DNA of 46,660 nt from Planctomycetota bacterium. Its GTDB lineage: Bacteria; Planctomycetota; B15-G4; SIAN01. Where the stretch lies: the NCBI GenBank assembly GCA_031409275.1, contig JANNXA010000004.1, positions 1-46,660 of the forward strand. The letters are read 5' to 3'. Both the position numbers and the translations under genes were made by a program. Shown in pieces: positions 36,737 to 46,528 of this stretch (within the stretch, counting starts at the first letter, position 1; every line of letters starts with the position of its first letter). The notes beneath the pieces are model-generated. The model saw only the letters and a program-made list of their open reading frames with translations, was not told where the DNA came from and did no database searches.

Positions 36737-39339
36737 TCGCCGGCTCCGGCGAACGAGCGACCGCAGAGCGAGCCGAAGGAGCAGAACCCGCAGGGCGGCG
36801 CCAGGACGATTTCGTCGTCGACCACCTTCGAGTCGCGGGTGACGGGATCGTTCTCGGTCGCGACCCCGAGCGCCTCGACGCTCCCCGACTGCAGCGTCGC
36901 CCAGCGCCTCGAGTGCGTCGCCTCGAGCCGTCGCCACGTCGGCTCGGGCCCATCGCCGGCCACCGGCTCGGCTCCCGGAAAGTGCGTCGGCGAGGTCGTG
37001 AGCAGCCGCTGCGCGCTCATGATCAGGTAGGCGACCGGCGGGAATTCACCACCTTCGCGGCTGAGGAACGAGTAGGCGGCGAGCTGCAGCGCCGTGCCGT
37101 TCGCGAGGCTGTTCCGGCGGTACGACGCGCCACCCCACTTAAGGTCGACCACGCGCGTCGGCGACCCGATCAGCAAGTCGGGCGTCCCCTCGAACGCCGT
37201 CCCGAACGCGCGGCCCTGCCTCGCCTGCTCGCTCGCCACCACGCTCGTGCCCGTCGCGCGCAGCAGCACCGCGACCATCGCGGCGCTCTTCACCAGCGCG
37301 CGCCGCGCCTGCGCGCGCAGCGTCTCCGCGCCCGGGATCCAGAGCACCGCCGCGAGCCGCGGCGCCTCGCGGTCGAAGAGCGCCGCCGCGCGCGCCTCAG
37401 CCTCCTCGGGTGGCGGCGCGGCGGTGGCGAAGAGCCGCTCGATTAGCTCGTGCAGCAGGTTCCCGAGCAGCTGAGGATTGCTCGCCTCGCTCACGTGCGG
37501 CGGCTCCGCTTCGCGCAGCTTCCCCGGATAGTCGAGCGTCCACTTGAACGAGCAGCCGAGGAACGACTCGACGCTGCTCGGCGACTCGCGCTCGCGGCGA
37601 GCTATGCGGCCAGCCGTGACGTTCCAGTGGCGGCGTGGCGAGGAGAGCACCAACGCCTCGCGACGCGCGCGCGGCAGCCGGTCGGCGAACGATGGTTTCA
37701 CCAACCGCTGGACGGCGACGTTGCGCTTCTCGCTCGGCGAATCGAGGCGCGCGAGTAGCTCGTCCCAGAGCGGATGGGGATGGAGCAGCTCGCCCAACTC
37801 GTCGCGGCCGGGGCAGACGAGCAGTAGGGAACGGGTCGCGTGCTGCAGCGGCCGCTGCCACCGCTGCGCCTGCGCGGCGGCAAGGCGAGCCAGCGACGGC
37901 AGGTCTACTCCCTGCACGGCGAGCTCGTCGCGCTCCGCGCGCGAAAGCGGGAGCCTTTCGATCGACTCGGGAGCGCGCTGGTCGAACGACCACCAGACGA
38001 CATGCCGCGCCGCGCCCGCGATCGCGCCGGGCCGGCCGACGTGAGCGAGGCCCGCCTGCGCCGCGAACGGCGCGTCCCCCGCCGTCGCAGCGGTTGATTC
38101 GACGAGGAAGCGCTGCAGGAGTGGTGGCGAGAGCTCGGGCAGGCCGCTGCCGCGCAACAGCGCGAGGAACGCACCGCATTGCGCCAGTGCCGCGCGCGCT
38201 GCATTGGGCGCATCGGCCACCGATGCAAGGCGCGCGAGCCAGGTGCGCAGCAGTTCGGTGCGCGCCAGCGCGACGGCCGACGGGAAAGCGCTTCCGCGCG
38301 GGATCTCGGTGCGCCAGAGGAGGCCGAGCCGCGCCTCCACCCGCGCGCGTCGATCGGCCGCTCCGATCTTCGCCAGCCCTTCGGCCAGCGCCGAACGCCA
38401 CCCATCGCTGTCGACCGCCGGCCACTCGCGCAGCGCCTTGCGCAGCGGATAGGCCACCTCGGCAGGAACGAGCGAAGGCCGGAGCGACAGCAACTCGAAC
38501 GCGCGCTGCGGATCCTGGGGTCGCCATGCCATCTCGAGCACGAGCGGCAATAGTTGCAGCAGCGCGCCGTCGGACACCGCGTACGAAGTGCCGAGCGTCG
38601 GCAGGCCATGCCGTCGCAGCGCCCCATCGAGCAGCGGATCGGCGCCGACGACCACCGTCTGCCCGAGAGCGTCGGGGCCGAGTGCGGCGAGCCATGCCGC
38701 GACCTCCTCCGCCGCCTGGAGCGGTCCCGCCGGCCGCAGAAGCACGAGAGAGCCGTCGCCCTGCGGGTCGAACCCGGCCGCGCGAGCGTGCGCCAGGTCC
38801 CCTTCCGCCGACGCGACCGTGAGCGGCGCCGACTCGATGCGCGTCCCGCGGCGGGCGAGTCCATCGAACAGCCGTCGCCAGAGGAGCTCGAACTCCTCGA
38901 CGGGCGCGAGCAGCCGCACTTCGTCGACGTGCGCGCTGCGGCGCCCGAGCACCGCCGCAAGCGCGACGAGCCGGTCGGGCAGGCCCGGCGCCGCCGTGCG
39001 CACCACTTCGCCGAGCTCGCGCAATCGCGGCGCACGCCCCTCCCCGCGCCACCCAGCCATCGCCAAATGGTCGCGCCACTCAAGCAGCCGCCGCGCGCTT
39101 CCCAACGGGTCCATCCTCGCCGACGCGCTCCAGAATCCGGGCGTCGCCACGACGGCCGGAACCAGCAGCGCGGCTCGCTCACTCGCGCTCAATCTAGGCG
39201 CGGGCAACCCCAGCGCCGTCTCGAGTACCTGGGCCAACCGTTCCGCCCCAATCCAGTCTTCGCCCGCGGACGCCTCGCGACCACGAAGCGGCCCCGGCCA
39301 AGAGCCGGCCGAGAAGTCAGGGTCGAAGACGATGCGCAA
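36733..39339 (-). CDS. PD-(D/E)XK nuclease with degenerate helicase-like N-terminus and four-Cys Fe-S staple (AddB-like)
   Basis: SPSSVESFLGCSFKW, GTPDLL, VDLK, QLAAY and CGFCSFGSLC. 4-bp overlap with the AddA-like gene. Confidence 0.85.
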   Translation of the reverse strand: MRIVFDPDFSAGSWPGPLRGREASAGEDWIGAERLAQVLETALGLPAPRLSASERAALLVPAVVATPGFWSASARMDPLGSARRLLEWRDHLAMAGWRGEGRAPRLRELGEVVRTAAPGLPDRLVALAAVLGRRSAHVDEVRLLAPVEEFELLWRRLFDGLARRGTRIESAPLTVASAEGDLAHARAAGFDPQGDGSLVLLRPAGPLQAAEEVAAWLAALGPDALGQTVVVGADPLLDGALRRHGLPTLGTSYAVSDGALLQLLPLVLEMAWRPQDPQRAFELLSLRPSLVPAEVAYPLRKALREWPAVDSDGWRSALAEGLAKIGAADRRARVEARLGLLWRTEIPRGSAFPSAVALARTELLRTWLARLASVADAPNAARAALAQCGAFLALLRGSGLPELSPPLLQRFLVESTAATAGDAPFAAQAGLAHVGRPGAIAGAARHVVWWSFDQRAPESIERLPLSRAERDELAVQGVDLPSLARLAAAQAQRWQRPLQHATRSLLLVCPGRDELGELLHPHPLWDELLARLDSPSEKRNVAVQRLVKPSFADRLPRARREALVLSSPRRHWNVTAGRIARRERESPSSVESFLGCSFKWTLDYPGKLREAEPPHVSEASNPQLLGNLLHELIERLFATAAPPPEEAEARAAALFDREAPRLAAVLWIPGAETLRAQARRALVKSAAMVAVLLRATGTSVVASEQARQGRAFGTAFEGTPDLLIGSPTRVVDLKWGGASYRRNSLANGTALQLAAYSFLSREGGEFPPVAYLIMSAQRLLTTSPTHFPGAEPVAGDGPEPTWRRLEATHSRRWATLQSGSVEALGVATENDPVTRDSKVVDDEIVLAPPCGFCSFGSLCGRSFAGAGE

Positions 39340-39518
39340 CGGTCAGCTCCGAACGCGCGTTGATCACGCGAGTATGCGGTGGAATCCGAACGGCCGCCCC
39401 TGAACCGCCTTGTCGCGTCCGACTACGTGTTTGAATCAACCACTCGATCGCAGACCGATTCGGGCAAGACTGGTTACGCGCAAAGCGACGAGACGAGGAA
39501 TCGGTCGGCTATCAGCAC

Positions 39519-42500
39519 CTACGCCACGACCTCAACGAACTCCGCGACGACCCGCACCTGTCCCTCGTCGTCGCACGTCAATGTGATCGCCTTGAACGAC
39601 TTGTTTGCCGGTTTGAGCATGACCTCAATGTGCCGCCAGGCGCCGTCCTCGGCGGCGATCTTGGTGCTCTCGTAGCGCTTCACGGTGAAGCGCTCGTTCG
39701 TCTCGGGGTCGGCGGCATCGCGCAGCGCGACGAGCACGACCTTGCCCTGGCGGGTACCGGCGAGCTGCGAGGCGAAGAGGCAATGAGCCCCGTCGGGGAT
39801 GATCGGCTCCATCGACTTGCCGACCACTTGAGCGACGAACATCCCGGGCTGCAGCTTGCGCTTGGCGTCGATCTCGACCCATTCGTCTGCGAGCTCCTCG
39901 AGCGCCTGCGGCGAACCGAACCCGCCGGCAGCCGCCTTGAGGGGGATCAGGGGAACACACGTCACGAACCGTTCGCCGGCCTTCGGCGTCACAACTCGTA
40001 GCGCTCGACGCGCGGTCGGTTCGCCGCCTCGCTGAGCACGATCGAACCAGTCGTGGTCGGCGGCGACCCGCGCCTTGAGCCCGCCGTCGCCGAGGTAGCC
40101 GGCGAGCTTGCGGAAGTGGCGCGTCATCGCGTCGGGCTCGTCGAGTTCGACGACGGTGATCTCTAGGACCTCCCAGTCGTGGCTGCGGAGCCAGCCGCGG
40201 ATGCGCTGGTCGCGGTCGCGCGTTTCGGCGTTGCCGTGCAGGTGGCCGCTCAGGCCGTCGAGGTAGATGCTGATCTGCACCGGATCCCCGTCGCGCTCGC
40301 TGCGATAGATCACGTCGGGGGTCGTCGAGCCGATGGCTCGGTCGAGCAGGATCTGTTCGCCGCGAGTGCCTTCGGGAAAGCCTGCCGCGAGCAGCATGTG
40401 CCGGAGCTTTTGTTCGCACTCGTTGACCGGATGCGCGCCCGATCGGGCCTCGCCGACTGGCAGCGGCGACGGGATCTCGTGATCGAGTTGGAGCGTTCTT
40501 CCCCAGGCCTCGAGACGGTCGAGGGCGACGGTGCGATCGAGCTTCGAGTGATAGAAACTGTTGCGGAACGTCTGCAGGCAGTCGATGCAGGATGTGGCGC
40601 AGGCGGCGGGGCACTTCTCGACGACCTCATGCGCGGCCTGGACGATCTCGCCGAACCGCTCGAGGATCTGGTCGAGGAGCCCGGAACCGCCCGGCATCGG
40701 GTCCCAGAGCAGGGTGTCGACCTCTTCGCGATCGACGTGGCCGATCACGAGGAGCTGCAGGTCCTCCATGTCCATGTCGAGGACCTGCGTCGCGGCGATG
40801 CGCAGCGCCTCGAGGACGCTGTAGGCGATCGTGGCGTCGGCGCACTTCGGCAACGAGAGAACATCGGCCACGACGTCGGCGTAGAAGCCGACTGAGTCCT
40901 GCTTCAGACCGCAACGCTCCTCGTGCTTGGTCTTGAAGTCCAACCGCTGGCGCTCGGACGAGAGCGGCGAGACGCTCTGGCCGCAGACGGTGCAGACGGG
41001 GTAGCCCAAGCGATCCGCGCGGTCGGCGTTCTCGACCGTGGCGGTCGCGCCGACGTTCACGAGCCGCAGGCGGACGCCGCGCCGGTGCTGCAGAACCTGC
41101 TCGCCCCAGCGGTACTCCTTGCCCCCGTTGTGCTGGTCGCGCTCGAGGCCGTAGATCGCGACGCCCATCTGGAAACGCAACTCCTCCTCGTCGGAGATGT
41201 GCGACTGGTGGACCAGGTCGACGTCGCAGACCGAGATCGCGGTCAGCGCGGTGCTCCCCAGCGTGCTCGCCGCGGCTCCGACCGGGGTCGGTTTCACCGC
41301 TTGGCGCTCGGCTGACACCTCGTAGGTCGGCTCCTCGTTGCGCTCCCGGTCGACGTCACGATGGAAGCGACGAGCGACGAAGCGGTGGCCGTTCGCATAG
41401 ATCAGGTTCCCCGGGACGTACTCGCGGAGCGCGACGCTCGGCGGGCGCGGCAGGGCGAACTCCATCGCGCCGGTCCGCCAGAACGGGATGTCGGCGGTGC
41501 CGAGGATCGAGCCGACCTCGAGGCCGTAGCCGGGGAGGAAACCCTCGGCTGCGAGGACGCCGAACGTGTTTGTGTCCTCGTAGCCCTCCGCCTCGCTGCG
41601 CTGGCGGCGGGTCGCCCCTTTCAGCTTCTTGATGATCTGATCGCAGCGCCGGAACAAGGCGTCGTCTTCGGGTTCGAGCGTGCCCTGCTTCGCCCGATCC
41701 TGGTTCAGCCGCTCGATCTGCCGCAGCGCCCAGTGGAGCCGAGCCGCGAGTCGGCGCTCGACCTCCTGCAGGCCGCCGACGAAGCCGTCCACGTAGCCGG
41801 CGATCGCCGCGTCCTCGATCACCAGCCGATCGCTGTCGGGCCATCCTTGGTGGAAGACCTGCCTCACGTAGGCGAGGAGATCATCGCGGTTGTCCGCGAT
41901 CAGCCGCTCGAGCGTCGCGAAGTCGAACGGCGCCGTGCGGACGCGGCCGCCGTCGAAGAGGTAGGACGAGACCTGCTTCGGCAAGCTGGCTGACAGCGTG
42001 TCGCCGATCGTGGCGCGCGTCGGCTCCGCGCGAGCCGGATCACGCGCGTACTGATGCAAGCGGGTGATCATCGTCGCGTGGACGTGCTTCGCGACCATCT
42101 GCTCGTTGCGCAGATTGAAGGCCGGCGGATCGACGCGGCCGGAGAGCAGCTTCAGCGGATCGGTGAAGTAGGCGCGGTCGTGCGACACCGGCCGGCAGTA
42201 GGTCAGGTTGACGGCCATGCGGTGGCGGCGGCCGGCTCGCCCGGCGCGCTGCCAGTAGTTCGCCGGCAGCGGCGGCACGTTGCGCATCAGCACGGAGTCG
42301 AGCTGCCCGATGTCGACGCCGAGCTCGAGCGTCGGCGTGCAGACGAACGCATTCACCGCGTCGGAGTCGCCCTTGAAGAGGTTCTCCAGCCGCTCCCGCT
42401 CGTCGTGCGGGACCATCGCCGTGTGCTCCTCGGGGCGGAGCATCACGTAGCCCTCGTCGAGCAGCTGGAGGTCGTAGTTGTCGGGATCCTCCTGCAGGTA

Positions 42501-45449
42501 CTCGAGCTGGCCGTCGCAACGCCAAGCGGGGCAGCGTCCATGCGGCGTCCGGCGCGGAGATCGCCGGCGACAGGTCCGACAGCGCCACACGCCGTGATTC
42601 GCATGCAACCGCAGCACGTCGGCATCGACTTGGTAGACGCCGCTGACGTTCGGCAGCGCGCGCCCCTTCTCACCGGTCAGGACCACCGGCTTCAGGAACT
42701 CGGTTTCGCAGAGCATCTTGAACAGCGACTCGAGCACGCCGGGAATGTCCTCGGTCTCGACTCCCCACTTCCGCGCGATCTGCCGGAACGTCGTATCGCC
42801 GCGCTCGGAGAGCCACTGCGCAACCCACTCCGGGCGATCGTGTCCGTCGCGCGAGAGCTTCGTCCCCTTGGGCGCACCGGCCTGCGGCAGGTAGCCCTGC
42901 TGGATCTCGAGATCGCCCTCGCCCCAGAACTTCGAGAAGACGTGGTGCTCGGCGTCGTGGAGGACGCGCGTGCGACGGAGGTAGTCGAGCAGGTTCGCGA
43001 CGCCGTCGCGCAGTTCGTCGGGCGGCAGCCCGAACCGCCGCGAATGCTCGACGATCCACGGCAGCCCGGCGTGAAGCCCGTCGTACTCGACCTTCATCCG
43101 CCCCCAAGGTTCGAGGCCGAGCGACTGGCGCGACGAGAGCGTCACCTCGCGCAGCACCTGGATCCGCAGGAACTTCCGCCGCTCCCGCTCGTGCTCGCCG
43201 CCGCTGCCTTCCTTGCGCGCGACCTGCCAGACCTCGGGAATCAGCGCACGCGAGAGCGCCTCGTCCCGGTCGAGCGCCTGATCGACGCGAAGCGCCAGAT
43301 CGCCGACGGACAGAGCCCCCGACGCGATCCCCTCCGCCATCAGCGCGCGCAGGCGGAAGCGCCGCGCGTGGTCCTTCATCCAGCCGGCCTGGAACGCCGC
43401 GTCCTGGCGGTTGTCGCAGAAGACGAGCAGGCGGCGCCGCTCGGCATGCTGGACCATGTCCTGCGCGAGGACGTGCACGTCGGCGACGTTGGTGGCGCGC
43501 ACCGGGCGCGCGGGCTCGCGCCAGCGCGTGCCCAGTCGTCGCAGGTTCGTCCCGCAGGAGACGCAACTCGTGAGCAGCCCCGGATGATCCTCGCTCTGAC
43601 GAATCGCATGCAGTGCGACCAACGGCCCGACGAGTCCGCAATGGAGGCAGCGCGGCCCCGCCTCAGCATGCGCCGTCCCGCAATGGCGGCAGAGGTGGAG
43701 CAACGCCATTCGACGGTGGTCTTCGAGGTCGTCGTCGTCGCCCTCCCCGACGATCCGATCGACGAACAGGGCACGCCGGCCGCCCTTCGCCTGCTCGAGC
43801 GGTTCCCAGAAGGTCGAGTTTCCGTCCGCGCGCCCGCCCCCGGGCCTCTTACCGGTGAACTCGAAGCTCTCGAGGAGGGCGACGAAGTAGTGCTGGCCGC
43901 AGGTCGAGCATGTCGTGACCGGGAAGTGGGCGTGCTTCTCCCCACCGGCCTCCGCCTCGACCTCGTCCTCCGCCGCCAGCCAGAGTCGCGGACCGGCCGA
44001 GGCCCGGGGGAAGCTCACGACCGCGCCGCTGATGCCGCGGATGAAGCCGTGGACGACCGGCCGGACCAGCGGCCGGCCGTCCCTGCGCGCCGCCGCCCCG
44101 AGCGTGAGCCACGCGAGGAGCTCGGCCTCGCTCACGGCACGCCCGACCGCCTTCGAGAGTTCGAGTGCCAGCTCCGCGAGAGGACGCGGCGACACCAAAA
44201 GCTCGCTCATCCGGAACAGGAGTTCGTTGTGCGACAGCGCGTCGTGCAGGCGCTCCTTCCAGTCTCCTGCCGCGAGCGCCTCGCCCGCGAGGTCGCGATA
44301 GGCAGCACGGAGTGCCTTGCCGTCACCGGCGTCGTCCTCGACCGCCGTAACGCACGCACCGAGGCAGGAGGACGCCTCCTTCCCGGGCGCTGCAGGCAGG
44401 CGGCGTGGCGTCGCCCATGTCGCCGCTTCGTACGCCTCGCCGACGGTCACAACGTCGCCTGCCGGCACGCCGAAGAAGCGCGAGGCGAACTTGCGTGCCG
44501 CGTCGGGATCGTTGCGATCGACGATCGTCGCTGAGGTCGCCACGCAGACCGTGTCCTGCAAACCGCGGCCGCAGAAGCTACGGAGCCGGCGGATCAAGCA
44601 CGCTGTCTCGGCTCCCTGCGCGCCGGTGAACGTATGCGCCTCGTCGAAAACGAGGAAGTCGAGTCGCGCGCCGGCAAAGAGCTCGACATCGCGCTGGCGG
44701 GTGAGCAGCAGCTCGAGCTGCTTCACGTTGGTGAGCAGGATGCGGGGCTGCTTGCCGGGCGTCCGCATGATCTCGCGAGAGCAGACCTCTTCCGGCGGGA
44801 AGACCGTCTCGCTGCGCTTCTCACGACGGACGCGCTCAAGCGTCGCCTCGTAGTCCGCGCGCGAGGCCCCGGCAGGAAGGCGGATGCCCGCGACATCGCG
44901 CTCGAACTCAGGCGTCTTGCCGACGTACATGCCGAACGGGATGCCCGTGCCGGCCAGCAACCCGCGCAGTCGCTGGAGTTGGTCCTCGGCCAGCGCGTTC
45001 ATCGGGTAGACGATCACCGCGCAGATGCCCGACGGCGCCGCTGCGTCGCGCATCTCAAGGCACTTGCTCACGATCGGGTAGAGGAAGCACTCCGACTTGC
45101 CGGAGCCGGTGCCTGTCGAGACCAGCGTCGTCCGGCCCGATCGGATCGCGCGGATCGCCTCTTCCTGATGGCCGTAGACATGCGTGATGGCAGCCGGGAT
45201 CCGCTGACGCATGTGGGGGTGGAAGACCTTCTCGCGCACCAGATCATCGACCGCCACCCCCTGCCGAAACGGGCGCGACAGGCTCACGTACGGCCCCTTC
45301 AGCAGCGGCGAACTGCGCGTCTCGTCGAGCGAGAGCAGCGTCCGCATCTGCGCGAGCAGTCGCTCGTCGGCGAACGGATAGGCCGTGAGTTGGTAGCGCA
45401 GGAAGCTGCGGACGACCTTCTCGCTGTAGGCGATAGGGTTCAGAGCCAT
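39519..45449 (-). CDS. Giant DEAH-box helicase with DUF1998, DUF559/Vsr-like nuclease and C-terminal S24 peptidase-like domain (DruE/DrmAB-like)
   Basis: TGTGSGKS, YPMNAL, DEAH, SAT, TLELGVDIG and QRAGRAGR, plus many CxxC pairs. DUF1998 GGSG..CPAAC..SCIDCL. Nuclease TPDV..YLDG..H. S24 AAG/GKSMEP/TVKRY. Confidence 0.9.
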   Translation of the reverse strand: MALNPIAYSEKVVRSFLRYQLTAYPFADERLLAQMRTLLSLDETRSSPLLKGPYVSLSRPFRQGVAVDDLVREKVFHPHMRQRIPAAITHVYGHQEEAIRAIRSGRTTLVSTGTGSGKSECFLYPIVSKCLEMRDAAAPSGICAVIVYPMNALAEDQLQRLRGLLAGTGIPFGMYVGKTPEFERDVAGIRLPAGASRADYEATLERVRREKRSETVFPPEEVCSREIMRTPGKQPRILLTNVKQLELLLTRQRDVELFAGARLDFLVFDEAHTFTGAQGAETACLIRRLRSFCGRGLQDTVCVATSATIVDRNDPDAARKFASRFFGVPAGDVVTVGEAYEAATWATPRRLPAAPGKEASSCLGACVTAVEDDAGDGKALRAAYRDLAGEALAAGDWKERLHDALSHNELLFRMSELLVSPRPLAELALELSKAVGRAVSEAELLAWLTLGAAARRDGRPLVRPVVHGFIRGISGAVVSFPRASAGPRLWLAAEDEVEAEAGGEKHAHFPVTTCSTCGQHYFVALLESFEFTGKRPGGGRADGNSTFWEPLEQAKGGRRALFVDRIVGEGDDDDLEDHRRMALLHLCRHCGTAHAEAGPRCLHCGLVGPLVALHAIRQSEDHPGLLTSCVSCGTNLRRLGTRWREPARPVRATNVADVHVLAQDMVQHAERRRLLVFCDNRQDAAFQAGWMKDHARRFRLRALMAEGIASGALSVGDLALRVDQALDRDEALSRALIPEVWQVARKEGSGGEHERERRKFLRIQVLREVTLSSRQSLGLEPWGRMKVEYDGLHAGLPWIVEHSRRFGLPPDELRDGVANLLDYLRRTRVLHDAEHHVFSKFWGEGDLEIQQGYLPQAGAPKGTKLSRDGHDRPEWVAQWLSERGDTTFRQIARKWGVETEDIPGVLESLFKMLCETEFLKPVVLTGEKGRALPNVSGVYQVDADVLRLHANHGVWRCRTCRRRSPRRTPHGRCPAWRCDGQLEYLQEDPDNYDLQLLDEGYVMLRPEEHTAMVPHDERERLENLFKGDSDAVNAFVCTPTLELGVDIGQLDSVLMRNVPPLPANYWQRAGRAGRRHRMAVNLTYCRPVSHDRAYFTDPLKLLSGRVDPPAFNLRNEQMVAKHVHATMITRLHQYARDPARAEPTRATIGDTLSASLPKQVSSYLFDGGRVRTAPFDFATLERLIADNRDDLLAYVRQVFHQGWPDSDRLVIEDAAIAGYVDGFVGGLQEVERRLAARLHWALRQIERLNQDRAKQGTLEPEDDALFRRCDQIIKKLKGATRRQRSEAEGYEDTNTFGVLAAEGFLPGYGLEVGSILGTADIPFWRTGAMEFALPRPPSVALREYVPGNLIYANGHRFVARRFHRDVDRERNEEPTYEVSAERQAVKPTPVGAAASTLGSTALTAISVCDVDLVHQSHISDEEELRFQMGVAIYGLERDQHNGGKEYRWGEQVLQHRRGVRLRLVNVGATATVENADRADRLGYPVCTVCGQSVSPLSSERQRLDFKTKHEERCGLKQDSVGFYADVVADVLSLPKCADATIAYSVLEALRIAATQVLDMDMEDLQLLVIGHVDREEVDTLLWDPMPGGSGLLDQILERFGEIVQAAHEVVEKCPAACATSCIDCLQTFRNSFYHSKLDRTVALDRLEAWGRTLQLDHEIPSPLPVGEARSGAHPVNECEQKLRHMLLAAGFPEGTRGEQILLDRAIGSTTPDVIYRSERDGDPVQISIYLDGLSGHLHGNAETRDRDQRIRGWLRSHDWEVLEITVVELDEPDAMTRHFRKLAGYLGDGGLKARVAADHDWFDRAQRGGEPTARRALRVVTPKAGERFVTCVPLIPLKAAAGGFGSPQALEELADEWVEIDAKRKLQPGMFVAQVVGKSMEPIIPDGAHCLFASQLAGTRQGKVVLVALRDAADPETNERFTVKRYESTKIAAEDGAWRHIEVMLKPANKSFKAITLTCDDEGQVRVVAEFVEVVA

Positions 45450-45452
45450 TGC

Positions 45453-46528
45453 CTACGACTCTCCCGTCGCCGTGGGACTCGCCTGGGGACCCCGATCGCC
45501 GCTCTCAACATCCGGCGATTCGTCCATGGCGTCTTCAATTGCGCGACGCCTCGCCGACATCTTGAATCCCTGCGGGACGGGCTTGAACGGATCATCGTCG
45601 CGCGGCCAATTCTTCGCGCGCGACTGGAAACGTCGCAGTCCGTCGACGTTGAGCCGAGCAACTACTCCAAAGTCATTCTCACCGCCCTTGATTCGGCACA
45701 CGTCGCGCTCAAAGTCCTTCTTGGCGGGGCAGCGCACACGGCTGTCCCCGTAAAGCGCGTTGTTCACGACCGCTACGTATGCATGAATGTCGAGCGCAGC
45801 GGACTCAACCAACGGCGAGAACGTCTCAAGGTCCTTGTTCCAGGATGGAACCATGAGGCAGTCGACCTGCCCTTGGAACGCGGCCCGGAATCCGATGTGC
45901 TGAAGCTCCGAGCAGATCAGCACGCCGAAATCGAACCCGTGATGGCGGTAGACCCGAAGGTGGTTTTCAGGTCTTGGATCATCCTGCAACGCCCGCGATG
46001 ACCACAGCGTTCTTCCGTACGACCGAAGCAGTTCCTCCTCTTCCGCCGGAGCTGGCGCGGACTTCGGCTGCCGGATGAGCACTGCAGCATCGAATCCAAG
46101 CCGATCATCAGTCAGCGCAAGGACGGCCTCGTTCAGAAGTCGGCCGTTCCCAAAGTGCCGATACTCGACGCCGGCCACAACGCTGATTCTCGCGCCGAGC
46201 AGGCGATTGACGACACTCTCGACCCACCTCTGCGGCAACGCGAGTTCTGGCAGGAGCACGTAATCGGGCCTGGGTACTGTCCGTAGAATCGCATTCACGA
46301 GTCTCGCGACGCGCACGTAGCGGGCAGTGCTCAGGTCCGGGGCATTCGCCGCCGACGCTCTCCACGATCCGACGTCGACTCGGAGGTTCGCGACGAGAAT
46401 GCGCGGCGGATGCCCCTTCTGCGGCCGGCCGATAACCGCCAACCGCGGTCCAACATCGGTCGGTTCCTCGTCCGCCACGTCCGCCAGCGTGACAGATCTC
46501 GTCCAGATTCCGCGGAATGCTCGAGCTA
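45453..46528 (-). pseudogene. Carbon-nitrogen hydrolase (nitrilase) domain, likely the C-terminal remnant of an RT-nitrilase (UG1/DRT1-like) gene interrupted by IS630
   Basis: Triad motifs LPEL, QPK and LICSEL. LVESAALDIHAY, YGDSRVR.P, RIKGG and FKPVP.GF resemble the RT-fused nitrilase clade. The ORF's ATG (46535) lies inside the IS end. Confidence 0.7.

Noticed and set aside
39519..45449. Calling the locus Druantia or DISARM outright
   Set aside because: No DruA-D/DruH, DrmC/DrmD or methyltransferase partner is recognisable in the window, and the domain tail differs.
35066..46001. Long plus-strand ORFs (35066-37030, 42054-44534, 44634-46001)
   Set aside because: Antisense shadows of the helicase and nuclease genes.
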